64,000 nt of DNA from Podarcis muralis (Eukaryota), in assembly GCF_964188315.1 (NCBI RefSeq), contig NC_135667.1, forward strand, positions 25,296,001-25,360,000. The letters are read 5' to 3'. The notes beneath the pieces were generated by a model. The model made no database searches, was not told where the DNA came from, and was given only the letters and a program-made list of their open reading frames with translations. Below, piece by piece: positions 37,342-48,474 of the stretch (its first letter is position 1; each line of letters starts with the position of its first letter). The position numbers were made by a program, and so were the translations under genes.

Positions 37342-38286
37342 ATGAAAAACCAGTCTACTGCTATGGAGTTTACACTGGTCAGCCTAAGCAGCTCCTTAGA
37401 ACTACAGACTCTTCTCTTTTGGGTATTTACATTTATCTATGCTACTGCTTTGGCTGGAAACTTCCTGCTCATCTTCACCATATGCAGTTGCAGAAAACTC
37501 CACACACCCATGTATTTCCTACTCATCAACCTGTCCTTAGTGAATGTGTTTTCCATCTCAGTTACAACTCCTAAATTGCTCCAGACTCTTTGGACTCACA
37601 CAAAGACCATTTCCTTTTATGGCTGCATCACACAGGTGTATCTATTCATATGGGCTTTAGGAACAGAGATTTTTCTTCTCTCATTTATGGCTTTTGACCG
37701 TTACGTTGCTATCTGCAATCCTTTGCAGTACACAGTCATTATGAGGAAGGAAGTGTGTTTTGGCATAGCAAGTGGTGTATGGGTTGCTGGAATGGGCAAT
37801 TCTGCCATTCACACTGTACTTGTGCTGCAACTGTCCTTCTGCAACTCCAACATCATCAACCACTTCTTCTGTGATCTTCCTCCACTTCTAGAGCTCGCAA
37901 GCTCTGACACCAGCCTGAACGAGACTATGGCTTTGGTGGCAGATGTGATATTTGGGATTGGAAGTTGTGGGTTAACCTTAATATCCTATTTGTTTATCAT
38001 GAGAGCTATCTTTAGGATTCGTTCCACTGAAGGGAAAAAGAAGGCTTTCTCTACATGTTCCTCACATCTCATTGTAGTCAGTTTTTACTTCTTCTCAATC
38101 ATATACACATATATCCGGCCATCCTCTGACTACTCCCCCGACAAAGACAAATTTGTTTCTCTCCTTTATACAGTGGTACCCCCTGTTGTTAATCCCCTTA
38201 TATATTCACTAAGAAACAAAGATTTTAAAGAAGCACTCAAGACATTTCGTGGAAGAAGCAGGCTGCTTCCAGTACTCCAAGAATGA
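37342..38286 (+). CDS. Olfactory receptor, OR13-related paralogue A (314 aa in main exon)
   Basis: Intact ORF with MKNQS, LHTPMYFLL, MAFDRYVAICNPLQY, KKKAFSTCSSHL and PVVNPLIYSLRNK. The third ECL2 Cys is replaced by Ser. Confidence 0.96.
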   Translation: MKNQSTAMEFTLVSLSSSLELQTLLFWVFTFIYATALAGNFLLIFTICSCRKLHTPMYFLLINLSLVNVFSISVTTPKLLQTLWTHTKTISFYGCITQVYLFIWALGTEIFLLSFMAFDRYVAICNPLQYTVIMRKEVCFGIASGVWVAGMGNSAIHTVLVLQLSFCNSNIINHFFCDLPPLLELASSDTSLNETMALVADVIFGIGSCGLTLISYLFIMRAIFRIRSTEGKKKAFSTCSSHLIVVSFYFFSIIYTYIRPSSDYSPDKDKFVSLLYTVVPPVVNPLIYSLRNKDFKEALKTFRGRSRLLPVLQE

Positions 38287-38784
38287 ACTCCATATCCTTT
38301 TAGAGCAGCATTCTTAAAAATATGTGAACTGAAAGAAAAGGTTGACAACAGGATATTGTTTATGTTTAGCTGACGTAAGATGTTTCAGATGACATATTTT
38401 GTACTTGAGAATCAAACATGGTGCTTAAATAACAAGCATATTTTAGGAAGCAATCTATTTTAGGAAACAACCTAAGTATAAGCTCCCCTGAACTCATTGG
38501 TATTACTGCTAAAAATACAAGTATAGAATGGCAGTATCCCAGTGTATAAACAGCTTCTTTAAAAAAAAAAAAAAGATACAGGGGGTTTCTGAGAGAGAGT
38601 ATACATGTACATCAGTGCACACAATTGGGGAACATGCCTTTTGCACATACATAAGCCTTTCATGTGCCTTAGCCTTATTTAGAACTGCAGAACTCAAGCA
38701 TGGAGGTCTTGGGTAGTTATTGCAGACACAATTCCAATCCACACATTGTGAAATGGTGTCCCATGGAATGTTTGAAATAGTCTA

Positions 38785-39016
38785 CAGTGGTACCTTGGTT
38801 TACAACCATAATCCGTTCTGGAGGTCTGGTTGTAAACCAAAACAGGTTGTAACCCAAGGCATGCTTTCGCCAATGGGTTCTCCCCCCCAAAAAAATTGGT
38901 TGTAATCCAAAAAAATTGGTTGTAATCCCCAAAAAGGGACACACACTTCCAGGTTTGACGTTGTTGTAATCCAAAATGGTTGTAATCCGAAGTGGTTGCA
39001 AACCAAAGTGTCACTG
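38785..39016. mobile_element. Tc1/mariner-type MITE
   Basis: TA|CAGTGGTACC...GTGTCACTG|TA, with internal ggttgtaatcc repeats. Confidence 0.85.
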
Positions 39017-39516
39017 TAATTCCTAATATTCTGCCTGTTTTTGTAACTTGGAACAGTGCATTATATTATCTAAAGTTCAATATATACAGATGATGTTGCT
39101 GGATCTCTTCAAATTGTCTAGTTAGCAATGAATATTAGGAGCACTTTGTGAGTTTGTGAGTTGTAAGACACACATAGTTGTAATTTTAAAAAAATAATAA
39201 TGATGATGAAATGTACAATTGTGTATGGATTTAGGAGTAAAGACAAGAACCACTGTAATTTTCTGTAATTCAATAAAAATATTACTCTTAAAAATGGACG
39301 TATCAGCAGCCAGTTGAAAGTTAATTTTGAATTATATTTAGCCACTGAACCCAGCATGAATATACGTAACTTAAACATATTGTTCCTTAACCTGACAGTG
39401 ACCTTGTTAAATGTGACAATTGAACTGAACTGAAATGATCTGAAATGATATTTGAACTGACTTGAAGTGGAACAAAAACCAAAGGAGTAATGGTTTATCC
39501 CAAACTGCTGAAATAG

Positions 39517-39730
39517 AGAGTATGAACTAGGGATGAAGGGGGAATTCTATTCAGTTTGCATGTAAAGCTGAATCTACCTAATCCAAACTTTCCTAAACAA
39601 CATGCAACCCAAAACACAACCATAATATGGAGAAATATGCATATACTAGATAAAGAGTGCATAAAACGCATATGTTTCTGAACATAGCATACAAAATGTA
39701 TTATATTAGAGAAAATTCTTTGCAAAAGAG
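39517..39730 (+). repeat. AT-rich interspersed repeat (second copy inverted at ~52395-52736)
   Basis: tagggatg...gaattctattcagtttgcatgtaaagctgaat...aacacaacc...aaatatgcatat matches the reverse complement of the 52.4-52.7 kb block. Confidence 0.45.
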
Positions 39731-40034
39731 AGAGAGAGTCTGTAATAGGAAAGAAATGCTTTCAAACATGTATAGTAGGAGTAATCCACAGTAAAAGGTT
39801 GACAATTTTACATAAGAACTTTTTTAAAGACAAATGTGTAGAGCTGATTTTAGGTTTGGAAAAATGGGAAACCCAAAACTACAGAGTAATCCTTTCATAT
39901 TAGACATGGGTGTGTGGCAAGGGCAGGAGCTGTGGGGACAGAAAAGAACAAACAACAACAACAACAAGGTTTAACTTGCTCTTTCAACTATTGGTATAAC
40001 ACAGAAATCAGTGTCATGCCCTCCAGGTTTTGTT

Positions 40035-40423
40035 AGGATGCGGGTGGCTCTGTGGTAAACCACTGAGCCTCTTGGGCTTGCCGATCAGAAGGTCGGTGGT
40101 TCGAATCCCTGCAACAGAGTAAGCTCCTGTTGCTCTGTCCCAGCTCCTGCCAATGTAGCAGTTCGAAAGCACACCCGTGCAAATAGATAAATAGGTACTG
40201 CTGTGGCAGGAAGGTAAACAGTGTTTCCGTGCGCCCTGGTTTCTGTCACAGTGTTCCGTTGTGCCAGAAGTGGTTTAATCCTGCTCGCCACATGCCCCAG
40301 AAAGCTGTCTGTGGACACACACTGGCTACCTCGGCATGGAAGCGAGATGAGCGCCACAACACCATCATCGCCTTTGACTGGATTTAACCCTCCAGGGGTC
40401 CTTTACCTTTTACCTTTACCTTT
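40035..40423 (+). mobile_element. Sauria SINE with 38-bp TSD
   Basis: aggatgcgggtggc head and (TTTACC)n tail. TAACACAGAAATCAGTGTCATGCCCTCCAGGTTTTGTT occurs at 39997-40034 and 40424-40461. Confidence 0.93.
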
Positions 40424-40544
40424 TAACACAGAAATCAGTGTCATGCCCTCCAGGTTTTGTTGGAGTCCAATTCCCAGTTATGATAGCCAATGGTAACAGA
40501 ATATGAAGGGCAGAACATGGGCTGTTCCAGTTTTAACAACAAAT

Positions 40545-41279
40545 TGTCAGGAATGAGCTAGCTCCGAGTGAATGTTTGCAGCCAACAGCAGAAAGCAGCC
40601 AGGAACAGAGAGACTAAGATGTTAGTCAGGCAGGGAAGAGCCAGGGAGTTGCAGACTTCATCTCTTCCTGACCGTGACAGGCTGGCTGATAAGGCAGTGC
40701 AGTGGTACCTCGGGTTAAGAACTTAATTCGTTCTGGAGGTCCGTTCTTAACCTGAAACTGTTCTTAACCTGAGGTACCACTTTAGCTTATGGGACCTCCT
40801 GCTGCCGCCACACAATTTGTGTTCTCATCCTGAAGCAAAGTTCTTAACCCGAGGTACTATTTCTGGGTTAGCGGAGTCTGTAACCTGAAGCGTCTGTAAC
40901 CTGAAGTGTCTGTAACCTAAGGTACCACTGTAGCTGAGAGCAGGCTAGAACACAGGCCAAAGCTCACAGGAAGCACAAAACAGCGCAAAAAAACTCAGAG
41001 ACAGCCTCTCTGAAAAGGAAGAGGTTGGAGCTGATCCAATAAGTCCACACAGTCAGTGAATGGGAGGGCTGCTAGACAAGAAGCAAAACAAGAGATGTAA
41101 GGTACGAAAGTTCAATATATTCTGTAGACACTGGAAGGAGTCTTCAGAAGAGTCATCTTGAGTAATGATTCTGGAAGCTTTGTTAGAGCCATCTGGAGCT
41201 GTTTGTTTTGCAATAAAGTCTCCTTTTTAAATTATCTACACTTACTGTGTTAGCAAGCTGGAAACCTGGACTCCTAACA
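40545..41279 (+). mobile_element. Solo LTR with 5-bp TSD, interrupted by a MITE
   Basis: TGTCAGG...CCTAACA termini; CAAAT at 40540-40544 and 41280-41284; AATAAA near 41212. Confidence 0.85.
40700..40930. mobile_element. Tc1/mariner-type MITE nested in the LTR
   Basis: CAGTGGTACC...GGTACCACTG|TA; near-identical to the reverse complement of 48772-49012. Confidence 0.9.
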
Positions 41280-41839
41280 CAAATGAATTTTGTTTTCCTT
41301 CAACCAAAGAGCTGCAGTGTTTCAGGTGTTTACAATACTAGCTAGATGACTGCAATTGCTCTTCCCTGTTCCTGGTTCTTGTATTCGTTTATCTTGAAAA
41401 TAAAAATGTTTAGGGGTACACAAAATAATATGCACAAAATATAATGCTGCAACTGCAAAACAGCATACAAATTAATTCACCAAAATACTTTCCTTGACAT
41501 GCACATATTTTAAATATAGTTGTTTATTTCATTCATATATTACATGTGTATATATATTATGTCACCTTTACCTTATAATATTTCCAGGCAAAGACTTTTT
41601 GGTAGTGTTCATAGAAAAACCCAATTATATTAGGGTTGCATCATCTCACAAAAACAATAACTTTATTTGTAGAAATAGTAGTGGCATGATTCACCCAAGG
41701 TTAAGCACACTCATATTAATTTAAATTCAGTGGGAATGTGAATTTCGCCTCAGGTTTCTAAAAGTTGAATGATAGGAAGTGAATTTGACAAGTGTGCTAA
41801 ACATGGAAATGATGCAAATGTACATGTGCAATTATTTTG

Positions 41840-42093
41840 GCAACAGAATTAATCATCATCTCCCGGATGATACCTCAAATGTCTTTCTCCCAGTGGCACC
41901 ATCTCATCACTTAAAAAAATATTTAGCGCTGGTTACTAGCTTTGTCTGGATAGTATGCCTACGATGATATCAAACTGGTTATTATCAGACATCAGGTTGA
42001 TAGGAGGATATTGGCTCTACATTATAAGAAGGGGAAATAAATGAACAAATGAATAATAGGAACAAACAAGCAAATGCAAAAACATATGAAGGT
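41840..42093 (+). other. Putative upstream exon of the OR at 44544, ending ATG AAG|GT
   Basis: Paralogous to 36210-36440. ATGAAG at 42086-42091, donor GTAAAT at 42092. Confidence 0.6.
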
Positions 42094-42129
42094 AAATATT
42101 TGATTTCATCTAACTATTTCCTCTGAACC

Positions 42130-42600
42130 TAAATCGGCTGCATAAAATCAGGAGCATGAAAAACCCCTGGTACATGCGCCTGCTCCAAAAGGTTTCAGCT
42201 AGAGTCAAAGAATATATGTACAAAGTAGTGCTCCAATGATATTATTCATTGGTCAAGTTTGGAAAGATAAACTGAAAGCTGTTTATTAAGTTCTGGATGG
42301 TATGTTGCAGGCTGGGCATATATTATTCACATGTGGGGGTCTTGCCCAATAATGGCAGCAGTTTGGACTCCCATTTTCCAAAAATTCTCAGCAATTGTAC
42401 TACAGATTATCCCTCCCTCCAGAACTAACATTGGCACTGCTGTTGATTTCTCTAATGGAAATGAAGCCATTGATTTACAAAGAGCTCATTCTCGTTCTAA
42501 TGCCAGCTGCTATGTTAGAAATCTCCCATAATTGGTCCTCTCATTCTCTTCTAACATTAGAACGTTGGTGGAATAAAGTGTGACTCTTTGGTGAGAGGGA
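42130..42600 (+). mobile_element. L1/Tx1-like ORF2 3' remnant
   Basis: HMWGSCP (CCHC knuckle-like HMWWxCP) and LMPAAMLEISHNW...RWWNKV (AA..I...W....W..KV motif). Confidence 0.6.
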
Positions 42601-43513
42601 GCATTAACCGCATCATCAGTGACTGTGCAGGAAAATATCTGGAGCTTATTAGTTCAAAGGAAACATGGTGGCCACTTTTGGTGACCAGTAATAGGCCAAT
42701 TTGACCTTCAGATGTGCAATTCTGATTCTGAAGACATTCAGTTCAAGCATAGGATCACCCATGATGCTAGGTTTACCTGATAACATGTTTTCAGGCATTC
42801 TGTGCTCCTCTCTAATAATTACATCGTATTACCAAGAAGTTGCAGCCCTACTGTAGTTTTCTTGTTTCTATTCTCTATTGTTAGTGTTTTGTCTTTTTTA
42901 ATGTAATTCTTCAGCTAATTTTGGGTGGGGAAGAAATAAATACACAATAAATACATATAAATAAGAAACTGTTGTGCTTTGATAAACCCCTTTCAAACCA
43001 CTTTTTAAGGGGTTGTAAAATGAGGCTTTATATAGTATTATATTTTGATATGTATTTCATGTGCAGTGTCATGGAATGTGCCACCAAGATTGTCTGCTGG
43101 GTAATGTAACACTGAGGCTGAAAGAAATTTCATTAAGAGTAGAAATATGATTGTGAGTATGTCAGTCTCTGCTCAGGTACTGGTGGTTAAAAACTGTATT
43201 TGAAAGGAGAGATGGGGGAGCACCCTTCTTTAAAAGAGTGGCAAAGTAAATTACAGCACAGTAAATTATTAATACATAAAATAAGATATAAGCTTATTCT
43301 ATGAATGAATATGCCTCACCCCCAAAAAATGATTGGAACAGCAGGGCAAGTTTAACAAGAACAGAAATAATAAGAGTTGATATTTGAATGATAGAAATGA
43401 GGTGTTAGAAGTTGTATAACTGGATTTAATTAAACCACAATTGGATTATATCAATTCAAATTAAATGATGAAGAATAATAAATACATGATTTTTTGTCAA
43501 TAAGGAATAAAAT

Positions 43514-43587
43514 ATCAAACAATAATCAAACACAAATCATCAAATAGTCATTTAAATTTGATGATTTGTGTTTGATTATTGTTTGAT
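43514..43587. repeat. Perfect inverted repeat: 32-bp arms, 10-nt loop
   Basis: ATCAAACAATAATCAAACACAAATCATCAAAT (43514-43545), spacer AGTCATTTAA, exact reverse complement at 43556-43587. Confidence 0.95.
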
Positions 43588-44543
43588 TAAAGTATGAAGT
43601 ATAAAGTATCTCTCTTATTGAATGCATTTTTGTGTTGTTTATTTCACTAGTAAAACTTCCTTTTTAGTATAATTTTTAAAAATGCAACATCTCACAAAAC
43701 TGGTTTAACCAGATATCATGGTGAAATTAGTATATCCTTTATGAACAAAGATCCATGATATCACCCTAAACAGCACAATCTGATGGAAGTTTTCTTGGAT
43801 GAAAGCCTCACTATGTTCATTGGGCCTTGCTCCCTACAGAGCTGATGGGCACAAACAATTGTGCATGGTGAATTAGCCCTTGTCAGACTTTGCATCTGTA
43901 TCTGCAATCACAGGATCCTCCACCTGACTACATCCCCCTGAGTGGACTGATACATCTACCTATACAAATCCTGCAGCATTGCAGCAATACATTTCCACTC
44001 AGATATAGTTAATTAACCAGCTTAAGTATGAACAAAATGGCCACAGAGACCTTTTAAAAAGGAGGGAATAATCAGCATGTCTCAACAAATGTTGACAATT
44101 AACAAAAACTGATATAAACGAGGGTAAGCATTGTGTCATTTACTGAAACTACTTGGTGGTTCTCATCCTCACTAGGTAATACAAATGTCAGCAATTACTG
44201 CTAGCAGTGTTCTTTTTGAAAATTCCTGCATTTTCCTAAGCAGTGGCCATCTTTTGTGTGTGTGTTTTGGGGTTGCAGTGGGAAGTATTGTTTTAGTAAT
44301 GTTCAATGTCAATGAGACTATTTTCTGAGTATAGTGCAAGGGATAACTTCAGAGTCCACATTTTCTATGATGACAGACTAGCTTGCCACAATCTTAAAAA
44401 TGACTAGTGAAGTCAAATAAGGGCCAATTTTCTCCTTTTGGCACAAAAAGAGAGAAAGAAGGATGGTGTATGTATAAATTTGGATCATTAATTCTACTTA
44501 ATATAATTTATCTGTTTAGGACACCAGTGCCACAGTTCTTGAA

Positions 44544-45488
44544 ATGAAGAACCAGTCGGTTACTATGGAATTTATATTGGTTGGTCTGATCAGCTCCTCA
44601 GAACTCCAGACTTTTCTCTTTGGGTTATTCACATTCATATATGTTATTGCTTTAGGCAGTAATTTCCTCCTAATCTTTACCATATGCTCTTGCCGAAAAC
44701 TCCACTCTCCCATGTATTTCCTGCTTGTTAACCTGTCCTTAGTGAATGTGTTTTCCATCTCTGTTACAATTCCTAAATTGCTTCAGACTCTTTGGACCCA
44801 TGCAAACAGCATCTCCTTTTATGGTTGCATCACACAGGTGTATCTATTCTTATGGGCTTTGGGTACAGAGCTTTTCCTTCTGTCATTTATGGCTTTTGAC
44901 CGCTATGCTGCTATCTGCCATCCCTTGCAGTACACAGTCATTATGAAGAAGGAAGTATGTGTTGGAATAGCAAGTGGAGTGTGGGTTGCTGGAATGGTCA
45001 ACTCTGCTGTTCACGTTGGACTCATGCTGAAACTCTCCTTTTGCAGCTCTAACATCATCAACCATTTCTTCTGTGATGTTCCTCCACTTTTAAAGCTCTC
45101 CTGCTCTGACACTAGTCTGAATGAGACTATGGCTTTTGTGGCAGATGTGATTTTTGGGATTTGTAGCTGTGGGTTGACTCTAACATCATACTCATTTATC
45201 ATAAGAAGTATCCTCAGAATTCGTTCCACTGAAGGGAAGAAAAAGGCTTTTTCTACATGCTCCTCACATCTCATTGTAGTCATTTTTTACTTCTCCTCAG
45301 TCATCTACGCATATATCAGGCCCACCTCTGACTCCTCTCTAGACCAAGACAAATTTGTTTCTCTCCTTTATACAGTGGTAACTCCAGTTGTTAATCCAAT
45401 CATATACTCACTGAGAAACAAAGATTTCAAAGATGCATTCAAAACAATTACTGCAAGAGGAAGGCTGTTTCAAATTTCTCAAGGTTGA
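44544..45488 (+). CDS. Olfactory receptor, OR13-related paralogue B (314 aa in main exon)
   Basis: Intact ORF closely similar to 37342: MKNQS, LHSPMYFLL, MAFDRYAAICHPLQY, KKKAFSTCSSHL and PVVNPIIYSLRNK. Confidence 0.97.
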   Translation: MKNQSVTMEFILVGLISSSELQTFLFGLFTFIYVIALGSNFLLIFTICSCRKLHSPMYFLLVNLSLVNVFSISVTIPKLLQTLWTHANSISFYGCITQVYLFLWALGTELFLLSFMAFDRYAAICHPLQYTVIMKKEVCVGIASGVWVAGMVNSAVHVGLMLKLSFCSSNIINHFFCDVPPLLKLSCSDTSLNETMAFVADVIFGICSCGLTLTSYSFIIRSILRIRSTEGKKKAFSTCSSHLIVVIFYFSSVIYAYIRPTSDSSLDQDKFVSLLYTVVTPVVNPIIYSLRNKDFKDAFKTITARGRLFQISQG

Positions 45489-46189
45489 TTGATGTACATA
45501 CATTTATTATAAAGACTACTGGAACACTGGAAACAGTAAACTGTTTGATTTCTTTATGCATAGTCAAATATGCTCCAGTTCTTCAGAACACGATTGCGGA
45601 AGTTTCATGATTCTCTCTCTAATAGATAATAGATTTCATTAAAAATACATAAAAGTTAACACCAAAATCATCCTTTTCACCACTAGGATGGTTTTTGAAG
45701 AGGAAACTCTGTGATTTCATAGATAGAGGAGTCCTTCACAAGTGCATTAACAGGCAATGATATTATTGTAGGAATTGGTTTCTCCTCAATGTCATAGCTA
45801 AAAGCCTGCATCTATATTTACCGTGTTCCTTCTCAAGTAGGGGTCCTTTGAATGCTCTCAGACACCAACCTGCTATATTTTGTTCATCATTCTTTATTGT
45901 CATCTAAACTTATTTCTCACCATATTGGAGAATAATCTTTCTTTTTCGCAAACAGAAGATTATAGAGAAGCCAGAGCGAGTCAAATATTAAAGCTAAACA
46001 TGTTTTCCCGCATCTTTCCCACCACTGTTTCCAAGCCCATATGCCCTTCCTTATTCACACATTATGGAGAAACAGAGTTGAGTGTCACCAACATACGGAC
46101 AGTATGATAGTATTTTGAAACACACCACTAAACTGCTGCTTTAGGAGGCCTCGTATCAATGTTAAATAGCACTGGAGATAAAAATGGTG

Positions 46190-46400
46190 CCCTGTTGGGG
46201 CAGACAAGATGAACATCAAAGCCTTGCAAAAGGTGCCCCCCTCACCACATTAAGCGAAAGTGGGGGTGTTCTGGCATGTGGCATTGCCACTTGTCTTCCC
46301 TGCTGCTTGATTAGGTAATAGTGATGAGGTGGGATGCAGCAATAGGAATAGGCCGGGCAAGAGGTGGCTCATGGTGGATTGCCTGATCAGGAGAGGAAGG
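46190..46400 (-). repeat. Unclassified interspersed repeat fragment (second copy at ~48130-48315)
   Basis: Shared block gttctggcatgtggcattgccacttgtcttccct...gtaatagtgatg...ggccgggca.gaggtggctc.tggtggatt. Confidence 0.7.
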
Positions 46401-46563
46401 AAGCCCGACTATTTGATCAGTTTCCTCCCCAAATTGTCCCCTCTTATTTTAGTAGTAGAAGCTTTGCTAGTTGCTTGTTTCAGTGTTGAGTAGTAGTTCT
46501 GCAGGAAGGCCCTCATTGCTTTTGAGACTCCTCTCCACCACCTCTTTCCTACTGTTATGCATG

Positions 46564-46891
46564 GAAGAAGAAGAAGAAGAAGAAGAAGAAGAAGAAGAAG
46601 AAGAAGAAGAAGAAGAAGAAGAGGAGGAGGAGGAGGAGGAGGAGGAGGAGTTGGAGTTTGGATTTGATATCCTGCTTTATCACTCCCCGAAGGAGTCTCA
46701 AAGCGGCTAACATTCTCCTTTCCCTTCCTCCCCCACAACAAACATTCTGTGAGGTGAGTGGGGCTGAGAGACTTCAGAGAAGTGTGACTAGCCCAAGCTC
46801 ATCCAGCAGCTGCATGTGGAGGAGCAGGGAAGCGAACCCAGTTCACCAGATTACGAGTCCACCGCTCCTAACCACCACACCACACTGGCTC
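46564..46891 (-). mobile_element. tRNA-derived SINE (Squam3-like) with (CTC)10(CTT)19 tail
   Basis: Minus-strand head gagccagtgtggtgtggtggttaggagcggtggactcgtaatctgg; 3' ttagccgctttgagactcc. Tail reads (GAA)19(GAG)10 at 46564-46650 on the plus strand. Confidence 0.8.
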
Positions 46892-47864
46892 AATGGAGTT
46901 AATGGGATTGGTTTAATTGGGCTTTCCAGGCTGGAAATATAAGATCTTTTGGGGAAATAAGGGCACTCTGTGGGAATCTTACATTGTTTTGTCCTTCAGG
47001 ACCCTGGAGGGCCTTTTAAGCTTGGCATGCACACCACGGTAAAAGCTGAACCCATAAGTCCATGATGCACTTAACAGGTTCAGGTTGGAGAAAGGATTCA
47101 TTCCAGTCTTTTGTGATGAGGCTAATGATGGTAATTGCACTCTAGACCCAGAGAATGGAGGGAGTTATCCCTTGTGTTTTAGGGAAATTTATTTCAATTG
47201 GTTGTTTTTGCATATCTTCTTTACTGTTTTATTTTGAATAAATATGACCAATTTTCACCATAGTCTGGCTAATGAGTCTTTTTCCAGGGTGTGATGGCAA
47301 AGGAAAAAATGCCAAAAGCTTTAAAAAGCATATTTCAGTATATGCATATATTTCATACATTGAGATTTGTGTGCTTATGAACAATAATACATTAGCTATA
47401 TATGATGTTTCTGGGTTTTCTTTACCGGTAATTCTTCAACTAACATATAAGTAAAACAATACAACAGAGAGAAGTGGAGGTGTATCACAATTCCTTCAGG
47501 CTCACATTTCCCTCTTATGCACATGCCTGAGGATCAGGGCCTTTGGAGGATCTGCAGAGCTTTTAGTTCAGTGGACTCCACCTGCCAGCACCATAGCTGT
47601 CAACTTGCAAGGAATCCTATTTGGAAGAAGGTCATTTCCCTTAAAAAAAGGAAAACGTTGACAGTTATGGCCAGCACCCTGTCCCTGAAAAACTCGCTTT
47701 CTGCCTGCCACTGCCAGTGGAGACATTTCCAGCAAGAACATTTTGCCATCTTGGGTCCCCACTGATATTGTTCAGTGCAGGCAGGCACCAGTGCAGAATC
47801 ATAACTTGAGTTGATTGGAAGTAAAGGTGGTGCAGAAATGTAATAAACAAACAAACAATTTAAC

Positions 47865-48320
47865 TTCTATACCACTCTATATTCTTAAAAAAAAAAAAAA
47901 ACACCTCAAAGCGGTTTACAGCATATTAAATCAATAAAACAACAGGTAGGTAATGTTCCTCCAGCTTCATGAGGAGCCTCATACTAGGGCTGGTGAGTAT
48001 GGGCCTCGCCCCCCAGGCCAGGTGGAAAGGGTCTTGTAGGGAGCTTCCTTCACACTCATAGCTCTGCGATGTTCCTCTGGCCTCATGAGGAGTCTCTTCC
48101 ATAGGGCTGCTGAGTCTGGGCCCTGCTGGAGCAGACAAGATGAGCATCCAAGCCTTGGATTACATGCCCCCCCTCTCACCAAGTTCAGCAAAAGTGGGAC
48201 TGTTCTGGCATGTGGCATTGCCACTTGTCTTCCCTCCTCCTTGATGAGGTAATAGTGATGGGCTGGGATGTAGCAACAGGCCGGGCAGGAGGTGGCTCCT
48301 GGTGGATTACACAACCAGGA
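47865..48320 (-). mobile_element. Retroelement 3' end (L2-like tail), same family as the 46190 fragment
   Basis: Minus strand has gtaaaccgctttgaggtg...gagtggtatagaag, a typical LINE/SINE 3' terminus, joined to the shared repeat block. Confidence 0.5.
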
Positions 48321-48332
48321 GAAGAAGAAATA

Positions 48333-48470
48333 GTTGCTTCTGCCATTCACCCTTTACTTCTGCTACATCTGTCCTACTGCAATTCTAACACCATCAATCA
48401 TTTTTTTCTGTGAATTTTAAAGCTGTCATGCTCCAACATTAGCCTGAATGAAATTGTGGCTATTTTTGTT
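48333..48470 (+). pseudogene. OR13-related pseudogene remnant (TM4 end, ECL2, start of TM5)
   Basis: Reads VASAIHPLLLLHLSYCNSNTINHFF/CE---/KLSCSNISLNEIVAIFV with a +1 T frameshift and a ~10-bp deletion. Aligns to the NSAIHT...LSFCNSNIINHFFC...LSCSDTSLNE segment of neighbouring genes. Confidence 0.85.
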
Positions 48471-48474
48471 TGTT

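Noticed and set aside
46409-46741. Poly-Glu and poly-Leu/Pro ORFs
   Set aside because: Translations of the (GAA)n(GAG)n SINE tail microsatellite.
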